From a bacterium (GTDB lineage Bacteria; Elusimicrobiota; Elusimicrobia; Elusimicrobiales; UBA9959): DNA of 64,000 nucleotides. A model generated the notes under the pieces. It ran no database searches and was not told the DNA's origin. It saw only the letters and a program-made list of their open reading frames with translations. Shown here piece by piece: positions 44,171 through 52,561 of this stretch. The position numbers and the translations under genes are program-made. The DNA lies in contig JAJZPF010000010.1 in assembly GCA_021811315.1 (NCBI GenBank), forward strand, positions 3,109-67,108, written 5' to 3'. Position 1 is the first letter of the stretch; each line of letters opens with the position of its first letter.

Positions 44171-45139
44171 TCAGTTGGCCCCGGCTTCCGCGCGGACGCA
44201 GCGCACGAAGTGGCCGGGGGCGGCCTCGGTATAGTCCGGCCGTTTTTTCAGGCAGGCCTCGGCCGCGCGCGGGCAGCGGTCCGAGAAGACGCAGGCCTGC
44301 GGCCCGGGGCCGCCGCTCCCGTCCCGCCTCTCCTCGAGGACCGTTTTCCTGGCGGGATCGGGGTCGGGCACCGCCGAGAGGAGGAGCCTGGTGTAGGGAT
44401 GCCGGGTATCGCGGAAAAGCTCCGCCGCCGGGGCGTATTCCACCACGCAGCCCCTGTACATCACGGCGACGAAATCGCAGAGGTAGCGGACGGCGGCCAG
44501 GTCGTGGGAAATGAAAATATAGGAGATCCCAAGCTCTTTCTTGAGCCGGTTGAGCAGGTTCATGATCTGGGCCTGGATGGAGATGTCCAGGCTGGAGATA
44601 GGTTCGTCGGCCAGGATCATGCCGGGCCCGGTGGCGAGGGCGCGGGCTATGGCGACCCGCTGCCTCTGGCCGCCGGAGAACTCGTGCGGGTAGCGCAGCA
44701 GCGCGTCGGGCTTGAGGCCCACTCTTTCGAGGAGGGCCGCCGCGGTCTTTTCGCCGTCCGCGATCTTTTCCCCCGCCGCTCTCAGCGGCTCCAGGACTAT
44801 GTCTATTATCTTCATGCGCGGGTTCAGGCTGGAATACGGGTCCTGGAAGACCATCTGCGCGCCGCGCCGCGCCAGGCGCAGCTCCGCGCCGGAAAGCGAG
44901 GAGAGCTCCCTCCCGTCCAGGGTGACCCGCCCTGAGTCCGGCTTCTCGATGCCGAGGATAAGCTTCGCCAGGGTGGTCTTGCCGGAGCCGGATTCCCCGA
45001 CTATGCCCAGCGTCGTATTCTTTTCGAGCGCCAGGGAAACGCCGTCCACCGCGGTGAAGAGCTGCCCCCCGGAGCTGAAGAGACCGCCCGCTTTGCGGTA
45101 GCGCTTGGTTACATTGTCGATATTAAGTATGACGGGCAT
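44171..45139 (-). CDS. Peptide-type ABC transporter ATP-binding protein (OppF/DppF-like)
   Basis: [24 protein letters not shown]-terminal oligopeptide-ABC extension with Cys residues. Confidence 0.9.
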   Translation of the reverse strand: MPVILNIDNVTKRYRKAGGLFSSGGQLFTAVDGVSLALEKNTTLGIVGESGSGKTTLAKLILGIEKPDSGRVTLDGRELSSLSGAELRLARRGAQMVFQDPYSSLNPRMKIIDIVLEPLRAAGEKIADGEKTAAALLERVGLKPDALLRYPHEFSGGQRQRVAIARALATGPGMILADEPISSLDISIQAQIMNLLNRLKKELGISYIFISHDLAAVRYLCDFVAVMYRGCVVEYAPAAELFRDTRHPYTRLLLSAVPDPDPARKTVLEERRDGSGGPGPQACVFSDRCPRAAEACLKKRPDYTEAAPGHFVRCVRAEAGAN

Positions 45140-45140
45140 A

Positions 45141-46133
45141 TTATGGTTTAAAGCCGGGCTCGCCGCGCCAGCATTTCGAGCCGCGCCTTTCCCCCGTCCT
45201 GAATTCCGGCGGCTCGGCCGAGCGGCACTTGTCGAAGACTTCCGGGCATCTCGGCGCGAAGGGGCAGCCGGGCAGGTCCTCGTCGAAACTCGGGGGCAGG
45301 CCTTCTATCGTCTTGAGCGGTTCCCCGGGGTTGTCGCTCATTTTCGGCAGCGAATTCAGCAGGGCGCGGCTGTAGGGATGGGAGGGGCTTTTGAAGAAAT
45401 GTTCCGCCGGCCCGCGCTCCACCACGCGTCCGGCGTAAAAGACCAGGACGTAGTCGGCGCGCTGGGCCACGATGCCGAGGTTATGGGTGATGAGGGCCAG
45501 CGCCAGGCCGCTTTCTTTTTTCAGCGCGTCCACCAGGTCGAGTATCTGGGCCTGCACGGTGACGTCGAGCGCCGTGGTAGGCTCGTCGGCGATCACCAGG
45601 TCCGGGCCGCAGGCCAGCGCCATGGCTATCATGACGCGCTGGCGCATGCCGCCGGAAAAATTATGCGGGTACTGGGCGAGCCGGTTCCCGGCGTCGGTGA
45701 TCCCGACCTTTTCCAGCAGTTTCTCGCAGGCCGGCAGCGCCTCGGAGTAAGAAAGGCCTTTGTGCTCCATAAGCGGCTCCGCCAGCTGCAGGCCGATGGT
45801 GAGCACGGGATTGAGGGAGGTCATCGGCTCCTGGAAGACCATAGAGATCCCGGCGCCGCGCACGCCGCGCAGCTCTTCTTCCGGGAGCGCGGCCAGGTCC
45901 TTTCCCTTGTAGAGCACGCTGCCGGAGTCGATCTTCGCGCCGGGAGGCAGCAGGCGCACTACGGAAAGCGCGCCTATGGTCTTGCCGGAGCCGGATTCCC
46001 CGACTATAGCCAGCGTTTCCCCGGGGTAGATCCGGTAGCTTACGCCGCGCAGGATCCTGGTGGGCGTCCCGTCGCGCGCGACGGAGACGGAAAGGTCCCG
46101 GACTTCGAGCAGGGGCGCGGTCCTGTCTGTCAT
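45141..46133 (-). CDS. Peptide-type ABC transporter ATP-binding protein (OppD/DppD-like)
   Basis: [27 protein letters not shown]. Confidence 0.9.
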   Translation of the reverse strand: MTDRTAPLLEVRDLSVSVARDGTPTRILRGVSYRIYPGETLAIVGESGSGKTIGALSVVRLLPPGAKIDSGSVLYKGKDLAALPEEELRGVRGAGISMVFQEPMTSLNPVLTIGLQLAEPLMEHKGLSYSEALPACEKLLEKVGITDAGNRLAQYPHNFSGGMRQRVMIAMALACGPDLVIADEPTTALDVTVQAQILDLVDALKKESGLALALITHNLGIVAQRADYVLVFYAGRVVERGPAEHFFKSPSHPYSRALLNSLPKMSDNPGEPLKTIEGLPPSFDEDLPGCPFAPRCPEVFDKCRSAEPPEFRTGERRGSKCWRGEPGFKP

Positions 46134-46837
46134 CTTAAGGTTTCCTCGCCGTTAATTTTAAGGCTTTTAAACCGGGCGTAGGCGCCCTGCGGGTCGCCGC
46201 CGGCGAAGCCGCCAAGGAAGAATTTCTGGGACGGCGCGTCTTCCGCCGAAGAGGCGTCCAGGCGGAGGACGGGGATGAAGGTCTTCCTGTTCATGGCGTA
46301 GGAAACCGTGAAATAGTTCCCGTCGCGCGCGAAGCGCAGCACTTTCAGCTTCTTCGGAAGCGGGAAGGGCTTTCCCCCGGGCAGGCAGAAGAGCGTGAGG
46401 CTGTCGTCCGCGGGCCTGGGGCCGTTCTGGCGCTGCACCAGCACCTTAAGCAGCGCGGAGGCGTTCCCGACGGAAGGCCGCGCCGCGTCGCCGCCCATCC
46501 AGATGCCGTAGGAGAAGCGCTTCATCTGGCCGGGCGGTATTTTAAAATCGGCCTCCAGGTCCGCCTGCCACTTCGTCCCGGAAAGCTCGCGCGAAAGTAT
46601 GAGGCCGGGGGCGTAGCCGTCGGAGGGCTCGTCGCGGCTGTCGTCCTGCCGGGCGGTAAGATGATAGTAAAGGCCGTCCCCCCTGACCTCGTGGGAGCCG
46701 TATTCGTCGTTCCAGCCCGTCCAGGTTTCCCAGTCGTCGGCGGCAAAAGCCCCTTTCTTGAATATCGCGGGGCTGCAGCCAGCGCTAAACATCGCGGCGG
46801 CCGCGATCGCCGCAAGAAATAAAAGATCTTTTCTCAT
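46130..46837 (-). CDS. Hypothetical lipoprotein (beta-rich, 235 aa)
   Basis: Signal peptide with lipobox-like MFSAGC; 4-nt overlaps on both sides. Confidence 0.55.
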   Translation of the reverse strand: MRKDLLFLAAIAAAAMFSAGCSPAIFKKGAFAADDWETWTGWNDEYGSHEVRGDGLYYHLTARQDDSRDEPSDGYAPGLILSRELSGTKWQADLEADFKIPPGQMKRFSYGIWMGGDAARPSVGNASALLKVLVQRQNGPRPADDSLTLFCLPGGKPFPLPKKLKVLRFARDGNYFTVSYAMNRKTFIPVLRLDASSAEDAPSQKFFLGGFAGGDPQGAYARFKSLKINGEETLR

Positions 46838-47337
46838 CCTAATTCATTTCCCCCGCTCCCGGTCCGCGATCTTCGATTCTCGACTCCCGATTCCCGATTT
46901 GCTTTGCTGTCCAGCCACAGGGTCACCGGGCCGTCGTTGATTATTTCCACTTCCATGTCCGCGGCGAAAACGCCGGTCTTGACCGGCACGCCCTTGCCCC
47001 GCAGCGCTTTTACGAAATATTCATAGAGCCTGCTGGCTTCCGGGGGCCTGGCGGCCGCGGTGAAATCCGGGCGGCGGCCCTTCGAGGCGTCGCCGTAAAG
47101 AGTGAACTGCGAGACCACCAGCGCTTCGCCCTTGACGTCCAGCAGCGAGTGGTCGAATTTGCCGGAGGAGTTGGAGAAGACCCGCAGGTTGGCCGTCTTT
47201 TCGGCCAGAAGCTCGGCGTCCGCCTCAGCGTCGCCCTCCCCCACCGCGAGCAGCACCACGAGGCCGCGGCCTATGGTTTCATGCGCGCCGGCGGTTTTTA
47301 CACCGCCGCGTTTCACCCGTTGTATAAGCGCCCTCAT
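46834..47337 (-). CDS. dtd: D-aminoacyl-tRNA deacylase with a 23-aa C-terminal tail encoded by the heptamer-repeat region
   Basis: [27 protein letters not shown]; the tail [23 protein letters not shown] follows the usual end of the family. Confidence 0.85.
   Translation of the reverse strand: MRALIQRVKRGGVKTAGAHETIGRGLVVLLAVGEGDAEADAELLAEKTANLRVFSNSSGKFDHSLLDVKGEALVVSQFTLYGDASKGRRPDFTAAARPPEASRLYEYFVKALRGKGVPVKTGVFAADMEVEIINDGPVTLWLDSKANRESGVENRRSRTGSGGNELG
46867..46901. repeat. Heptamer array: 5 units (CGATCTT CGATTCT CGACTCC CGATTCC CGATTTG)
   Basis: Read directly; 30 nt upstream of the lipoprotein ATG (46837) and inside the dtd tail. Confidence 0.8.
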
Positions 47338-47442
47338 AGATTCATTATAAATAATTTATCCTCACTCCCGCACTAGCGCGCGGCCGGGCCGCCGCTGAAC
47401 CGGGACTCCGGCGCTGAGCGGGCGGGCGGGTCCCGGACAGGC

Positions 47443-47471
47443 TTGAATATGTCGGTGCCCGGTTGTATAAT
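47443..47471 (+). promoter_or_regulatory. Sigma70-type promoter TTGAAT-N17-TATAAT
   Basis: Read directly; 46 nt upstream of the ATG at 47518, with a GCGCGG...CCGCGC hairpin and an AAAGGA ribosome-binding site in the leader. Confidence 0.55.
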
Positions 47472-47517
47472 TAAGTGTAAGGGCGCGGAACGGCTAAACC
47501 CCGCGCAAAGGAAAAAT

Positions 47518-47751
47518 ATGGTAACCGGACTCGTACTTGTTAAATTATTGCCTGGCAAAGAGAAGCAGACCCTCGGCAAGCTGAAGGCTCTCAAGAGCGT
47601 CGTTCATATGTCGGCCGTCTTCGGGCGCTGGGACCTGGTGCTCGACATGGAGACTGACGACCTGCCGGCGCTTTCCAATATAGTAGTGCAGGAAATACGC
47701 TCGATCCCGGGCGTGCTTTCCACCGAGACGCTGGTCACTACGTCGCTGTAG
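47518..47751 (+). CDS. Small Lrp/AsnC-type ligand-binding-domain-only protein (77 aa)
   Basis: MVTGLVLVKLLPGKEKQTLGKLKALKSVVHMSAVFGRWDLVLDME... resembles the AsnC_trans_reg fold pattern; internal ATG with a ribosome-binding site. Confidence 0.65.
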   Translation: MVTGLVLVKLLPGKEKQTLGKLKALKSVVHMSAVFGRWDLVLDMETDDLPALSNIVVQEIRSIPGVLSTETLVTTSL

Positions 47752-47753
47752 CG

Positions 47754-48263
47754 ATGCGTTCACTGATAGCCTGCCTATTGCTGGCTTTTGCCGCCGGTCC
47801 CGCCCGGGCCCAGTTATTCCTGGGCGCGGAAGTGGGGCCCGACGCTTTCATGAAGGCGGACCCCGGGAAAATAGATACCGACGGCGAGGACGCTTTCGCC
47901 TGGGCGCTCAGCTCCGAGGTCAGCACTTCCACGCTGTACTCCGTTTTCGGGTCCACGGACCCGGAGAAGGAGATCTTCGGCTACCTGCGGGGCGGCATTT
48001 ACAGGCAGGAGCTTGCGGCCCTCCTGCTGCTTTCCGAGAAAACTTCGGTCCCGTTCAAAAAACTCGCCGCCGAGCTCCCTAAAGCCGGCGGCTTCGGAGG
48101 CCTGGCGAAAAAACACGAAGCCGACGCTATGGCTATTTTTGACGCGGCCGGCCGCCTTAAGGCCGCGGCCGACCTCAGGACGCCGCTTTTCCTGTCGGCT
48201 CCGGCGGACGCCGGCGTCCGGCCCTCTACCGCCCCCGCGCTCTCCACCGATGAAAAAAACTAG
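47754..48263 (+). CDS. Secreted hypothetical protein (169 aa)
   Basis: Signal peptide MRSLIACLLLAFAAGPARA; begins 2 nt after the upstream stop. Confidence 0.5.
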   Translation: MRSLIACLLLAFAAGPARAQLFLGAEVGPDAFMKADPGKIDTDGEDAFAWALSSEVSTSTLYSVFGSTDPEKEIFGYLRGGIYRQELAALLLLSEKTSVPFKKLAAELPKAGGFGGLAKKHEADAMAIFDAAGRLKAAADLRTPLFLSAPADAGVRPSTAPALSTDEKN

Positions 48264-48723
48264 CCTGCTGCTCATAGTTTCCCTGCTGCTCTGCGGCCGC
48301 GCCTCCGCGCTTTCGGTGCCTAGCGGGGCTTCTTCGGCCAAACTCGTCCTCCCGGACGGCTTCAGCGTGAAGGCCGAGCTCGCGCTTACCCCGGAAACGC
48401 AGGAGAAGGGGCTGATGTTCCGCGAGGAGCTGCCGCGCGACCGGGGGATGCTTTTTGTGTTCGCGCGGCTGGAGCTCAGGTCTTTCTGGATGAAGAACAC
48501 TTTTATAGACCTGGACATGGTTTTCCTCGACGCCGGCCTGAAAGTGATAAAAGTGTTCCACCGGGTGCCGCGCTCGACCGCGGGCCAGCCCGAGGAGGAG
48601 GTCGCGCGGGTTTCGGCGCCAGCCGCCTGCGTGCTGGAACTTCCCGCCGGGGCCGCCCGCGCGCACCGGATAAAGCCCGGCTCTAAAATTAAAATTTCCT
48701 TTCCCGCGCCCGCGGTCAAATAA
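48250..48723 (+). CDS. DUF192-family secreted protein
   Basis: Internal ATG at 48250; GLMFREELPRDRGMLFVF....SFWMKNTFIDLDMVFLD is a typical DUF192 pattern. Confidence 0.7.
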   Translation: MKKTSLLLIVSLLLCGRASALSVPSGASSAKLVLPDGFSVKAELALTPETQEKGLMFREELPRDRGMLFVFARLELRSFWMKNTFIDLDMVFLDAGLKVIKVFHRVPRSTAGQPEEEVARVSAPAACVLELPAGAARAHRIKPGSKIKISFPAPAVK

Positions 48724-48726
48724 AAA

Positions 48727-48752
48727 GGCGGGCCGCCCGGCCCGCCTTTCTT
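48727..48752. terminator. Bidirectional Rho-independent terminator
   Basis: AAAAA-GGCGGGCC-gccc-GGCCCGCC-TTTCTT between convergent genes. Confidence 0.7.
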
Positions 48753-48766
48753 CCCCCCGCCGCCCG

Positions 48767-49071
48767 TCAGTTCCCGCTTCCCTGGTTCTGCTGCGCCTGT
48801 TTCAGCATCCCGGACATGTCGGGCATCCCGGCGCCGCTTTTCTGCGTTCCGGTTTTGTCGGGGGCGTCCGTGCCGAAGGGCTTCGCGCCCTGCAGGCGGG
48901 GTATGGTCGTGCGCTGCTTAAGCTTTTTCGAAGCGGCGGCTTTCTTCTTCCCCGGGGCCGGCGCCGGAGGGATCTTCGCGGTTTCCGGCTGCGCCTGCTT
49001 CGCCGCGGCCTGCCGGGGGGGGCCGCGGCCGGCTCTGTTCTCGTCCCGCCAGTTATTTGAGATATAAACAT
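48767..49071 (-). pseudogene. Small low-complexity (Ala/Lys/Pro/Gln-rich) gene whose ATG (49071) and coding-like frame are out of register across a G8 tract
   Basis: The downstream frame (to the stop at 48767) has high third-position GC but no canonical start. The ATG at 49071 is in the frame that a one-base change in the tract at 49015-49022 would join to it. Confidence 0.3.
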
Positions 49072-49096
49072 TTATTTTTATTGTAAAATAATCTAC

Positions 49097-49429
49097 ATGG
49101 GAATCTGGAAAAACGCTTTTAAAATACCGGAGCCCCCGGAGCCTACTCCTGAAGAAAAAAAGCTGCTGGACGACCTTGCGGAAAAAGCCGCGCGGCGGGG
49201 GCTGGGCGAAATAGCCGCTTTCACGGTTGAAAGCACCGCTCCCCTTCACAGCCTGGGCGCGCAGGGGATGATCTTTATCGAGCCGGCGCTTACGACGCTG
49301 TTTAAAAAAGAGGACGTGGAAAAGTACAGGGCCCTGCTGGAGAACAGCAAGGCCGTGAAATATTTAGTGAGCCGGCTGAACGCCGAGACGGAAGAAAAGG
49401 AAGCCACCAATGTCAAAAAAAGACCTTGA
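49097..49429 (+). CDS. Hypothetical 110-aa protein, first gene of the GlmL-like module
   Basis: ATG 7 nt after a TAAAAT box; overlaps the next gene by 20 nt; no family recognised. Confidence 0.5.
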   Translation: MGIWKNAFKIPEPPEPTPEEKKLLDDLAEKAARRGLGEIAAFTVESTAPLHSLGAQGMIFIEPALTTLFKKEDVEKYRALLENSKAVKYLVSRLNAETEEKEATNVKKRP

Positions 49430-51203
49430 AATCATTATAGCCACCGACTGCGGCAGCACTACCACGAAAGCCATCCTCATAGAAAAGAAAGGCGATACCT
49501 ACCGCCAGACTTTCCGCGGCGAGGCCCCGACCACGGTCGAGGCCCCGTTCGAGGACGTCACCAAGGGCGTGCTGAACTCGATCACGGAGGTCGAGGAACT
49601 CTCCGGCCGCAAAATACTCGACGGCGAAAGGATCATAACTCCCAACAGCGGCAACGTGGGAGCGGACATCTACGTCTCCACCTCCTCGGCCGGCGGCGGC
49701 CTGCAGATGATGGTCGCCGGGGCCGTGAAAGCGATGACCGGCGAGTCCGCGCAGCGCTGCGCCCTGGGCGCCGGCGCCATCGTGATGGACGTGCTGGCCT
49801 CCAACGACGGCCGCGCCGACCATGAGAAGATAGAGCGCATCCGCCAGCTGCGCCCGGACATGATGCTCCTCTCCGGCGGCACCGACGGCGGAACCATCAC
49901 CCACGTGGTCGAGCTCGCCCAGTTCCTGAAGGCCGCCGACCCCAAGCCCCGCCTCGGCGCCTCCTACAAGCTGCCGGTGATCTACGCCGGCAACAACAAG
50001 GCCCACGCGCAGATCAAGGAAATACTCGGCGACCGCACGGCGCTGATCATCACCGAGAACCTCCGCCCCACGCTGGAGAAAGAGAATTTGATGCCGGCCC
50101 GCCACAAGATCCACGACATCTTCCTCGAGCACGTGATGCAGCAGGCCCCCGGCTACCCGCGCCTGATGAAGATGGTGGGCGCCCCGATAATGCCCACTCC
50201 GGCCGCGGTAGGCACTATGACGGAAAAGTTCGCCAAGGCCAATAAATTCAACGTCCTGGCCGTCGATATCGGCGGCGCCACTACCGACGTGTTCTCGGTC
50301 TTCTCGGAAGTTTTCAACCGCACCGTGAGCGCCAACCTGGGCATGAGCTACTCCATCTCCAACGTGATGGCCGAGGCCGGCCTGGCCAATATCCTGCGCT
50401 GGCTCCCTTTCGACATGGACGAGCAGGACCTCAGGAACCGCCTGAAGAACAAGATGATAAGGCCCACCACCATCCCCCAGACGGTAGAGGACCTGCAGAT
50501 CGAGCACGCGGTCGCGCGCGAGGCTCTCCGCCTGGCTTTCGACCAGCATAAGGCGCTGGCCGTGGGGCTGAAGGGCGTCCAGCAGGAGCGCTCCATCTCC
50601 GACGCTTTCGACCAGACCGCCTCCGGGGCCAGCCTCATCAACGTGATGCGGCTGGATTACGTGATAGGCTCAGGCGGCATCCTCGCGCATTCCCCCCGCC
50701 GCACCCAGTCCATGCTTATGATGATAGACGCCTACCAGCCCGAGGGCATCACCCGCATGGCCGTGGACTCCATCTTCATGATGCCGCACCTGGGCGTGCT
50801 GGCGCAGATCAGCGAGAAAGCCGCGCTGGACGTGTTCTACCACGACTGCCTGGTGAGGCTGGGCACGTGCCTCGCGCCTAAGGGCCTGGCCAAGGAAGGC
50901 CAGCTTATCATGGAGTGGGAAGTGACCGGTTCCGACGGCAGCCGCCAGGCCGGCGAGCTCCGCTTCGGCGATATCCTCCACGTCCCCTTCGCGGCCCCCA
51001 AGGCCAGGCTGGTGGCCAAGCCGGTCAAAGGCTTCGACATGGGCGCCGGCTCCGGCAGCCGCGTAGAGGCGGACATAGAAGGCGGCGTGGTCGGCCTGGT
51101 GCTGGACGGGCGCGGCAGGCCCTTCAACATTTCCAAGGAGCCGGCAAAGCGCCGCGACGACCTGAACAAGTGGTACAAAGCGATGGGGATGTACCCGGTC
51201 TAA
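49410..51203 (+). CDS. GlmL/MutL-like ASKHA-fold ATPase (glutamate mutase L family-like, 597 aa)
   Basis: IIATDCGSTTTKAILIEK and VLAVDIGGATTDVFSVF phosphate-binding motifs typical of the GlmL family. Confidence 0.75.
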   Translation: MSKKDLEIIIATDCGSTTTKAILIEKKGDTYRQTFRGEAPTTVEAPFEDVTKGVLNSITEVEELSGRKILDGERIITPNSGNVGADIYVSTSSAGGGLQMMVAGAVKAMTGESAQRCALGAGAIVMDVLASNDGRADHEKIERIRQLRPDMMLLSGGTDGGTITHVVELAQFLKAADPKPRLGASYKLPVIYAGNNKAHAQIKEILGDRTALIITENLRPTLEKENLMPARHKIHDIFLEHVMQQAPGYPRLMKMVGAPIMPTPAAVGTMTEKFAKANKFNVLAVDIGGATTDVFSVFSEVFNRTVSANLGMSYSISNVMAEAGLANILRWLPFDMDEQDLRNRLKNKMIRPTTIPQTVEDLQIEHAVAREALRLAFDQHKALAVGLKGVQQERSISDAFDQTASGASLINVMRLDYVIGSGGILAHSPRRTQSMLMMIDAYQPEGITRMAVDSIFMMPHLGVLAQISEKAALDVFYHDCLVRLGTCLAPKGLAKEGQLIMEWEVTGSDGSRQAGELRFGDILHVPFAAPKARLVAKPVKGFDMGAGSGSRVEADIEGGVVGLVLDGRGRPFNISKEPAKRRDDLNKWYKAMGMYPV

Positions 51204-51206
51204 AAA

Positions 51207-51280
51207 CGATCGAGAATCGGGGATCGGGAATTCAGGAGCAGATTCCCCCGATTCCCGACTCGCGATCCCTGATTCATCGG
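51207..51280. repeat. Inverted heptamer arrays: purine-rich ATCGAGA ATCGGGG ATCGGGA facing pyrimidine-rich CGATTCC CGACTCG CGATCCC TGATTCA
   Basis: Read directly, between the GlmL-like stop (51203) and the next start (51319). Confidence 0.75.
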
Positions 51281-51318
51281 TATATGGTTTTCAATTTGGT
51301 TTTTTAAGGAGACAGCTT

Positions 51319-52443
51319 ATGGCGCACGCATATACACCCGGACTTAAAGTAATGCCCTGCACGCTGCTGAAGAAGAAGAGGCTCCTGCCTATTCCCGGAA
51401 AGGTGCTTGCCGAAATGGGCCGGCAGGTGGATTCCCTGGACGTGGTGGCGCAGACCGAACTGCCGGGGAAAGTCTTCTCCGTCAACGTGGCCAACCGGCT
51501 GGCCGTCGGCCCCGACGAAATAAAGAATTTCATGACCAAGGGCGAAGGCGACGCCGTGAAGAAAGGCGAGACCATCGCCGAGAACAAGCCCTTCCTGAAA
51601 TGGTTCAAGACCTCCGTCGAGTCCCCCGTGGACGGCGTCGTGGAGGCCGTCTCCCTTATCACCGGCCAGGTGCTGCTGCGCGAGCCGCCGAAAGTCCTCC
51701 CGATAAAAGCCTATGTGAAAGGCAAAGTGGTGGAGGTCACGCCCAATTTCGGCGTCGTTATCGAGACCGAGGGCACCTTCATCCAGGGCATCTTCGGCGT
51801 GGGCGGCGAGACCAACGGCGAGATCTGCATGGCCGTCGCGAGCCCCGACGAGGACCTGACGACCGAAGATATCAAGGAGAACCACAGGGGCAAGATAGTC
51901 ATCGGCGGGAAACACGCCAGCCTTTCCACCATAAAGCGCGCCATCGAACTGGGCGTTAACGCCATCGTGGTGGGCGGGATACACGACCGCGACCTGCGCC
52001 AGCTGCTGGGCTACGATATCGGCGTGGCGGTGACCGGCCATGAACAGCTGGGGATCACCGTGATCGTTACCGAGGGGTTCGGAATGATCCCGATGGCGGA
52101 ATATACTTTCAAGCTGCTCGCCTCCCGCAACGGCGAGAGCGCCTCGGTGTCGGGCGCGACGCAGATCCGCGCCGGGGTGATGCGCCCCGAGATCATAGTC
52201 CCGGGCTTTCCCAAGAACGTGACCGAGTCCAAGAAGGACCAGGGCCGCGGCTGGATAGAGCCCGGCGACCCGATACGGATAATCCGCGAGCCGCATTTCG
52301 GCGTGATAGGCACGGTCAGATCCCTGCCCCCCGAGCTTACGGTGATCGGCAGCGAGAGCCACGCCCGGGTGCTGGAAGTGACCCTGGACAGCGGCGAAGT
52401 CATCGTCGTCCCGCGCGCGAACATCGAAGTGCTTGAAAAATAA
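51319..52443 (+). CDS. Hypothetical 374-aa protein with a lipoyl/hybrid-barrel-like segment and KOW-like beta segments
   Basis: Strong ribosome-binding site TAAGGAGA; VKKGETIAENKPFLKWFKTSVESPVDGVVEAV resembles a biotinyl/lipoyl-type hammerhead; no family assigned. Confidence 0.6.
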   Translation: MAHAYTPGLKVMPCTLLKKKRLLPIPGKVLAEMGRQVDSLDVVAQTELPGKVFSVNVANRLAVGPDEIKNFMTKGEGDAVKKGETIAENKPFLKWFKTSVESPVDGVVEAVSLITGQVLLREPPKVLPIKAYVKGKVVEVTPNFGVVIETEGTFIQGIFGVGGETNGEICMAVASPDEDLTTEDIKENHRGKIVIGGKHASLSTIKRAIELGVNAIVVGGIHDRDLRQLLGYDIGVAVTGHEQLGITVIVTEGFGMIPMAEYTFKLLASRNGESASVSGATQIRAGVMRPEIIVPGFPKNVTESKKDQGRGWIEPGDPIRIIREPHFGVIGTVRSLPPELTVIGSESHARVLEVTLDSGEVIVVPRANIEVLEK

Positions 52444-52461
52444 CGGTGAACGGGGTCTTGT

Positions 52462-52556
52462 GATCGGTAATCAGAGCCAGGGTCGAAAAAAACCGCGCTG
52501 ATTGCCGATCTCTGATTCCCGAATACCGGATCCCCGGTCCTCTGCTTTCGACTCCG
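52462..52556. repeat. Degenerate heptamer region with an inverted pair GATCGGTAATCAGAG (52462-52476) / CTCTGATTCCCGAAT (52510-52524)
   Basis: 12 of 15 positions complementary; downstream 7-nt periodicity CCGATCT CTGATTC CCGAATA CCGGATC. Confidence 0.6.
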
Positions 52557-52561
52557 TGGTT

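Noticed and set aside
41382-44234. 950-aa plus-strand ORF
   Set aside because: It is antisense to the corA-family and rnr genes, spans their intergenic gap, and has no recognisable motifs. It is a shadow ORF caused by stop-codon depletion in GC-rich sequence.
47338-47517. Strand-switch point (all genes leftward before it, rightward after it) as a replication origin, with a DnaA-box-like TTATCCTCA at 47356-47364
   Set aside because: There is only one imperfect DnaA box. The spacer is 180 bp and mostly GC-rich with no AT-rich unwinding element. No dnaA, dnaN or parAB genes are nearby. Two ordinary divergent promoters explain it. A cumulative GC-skew plot of the whole contig would settle the question.
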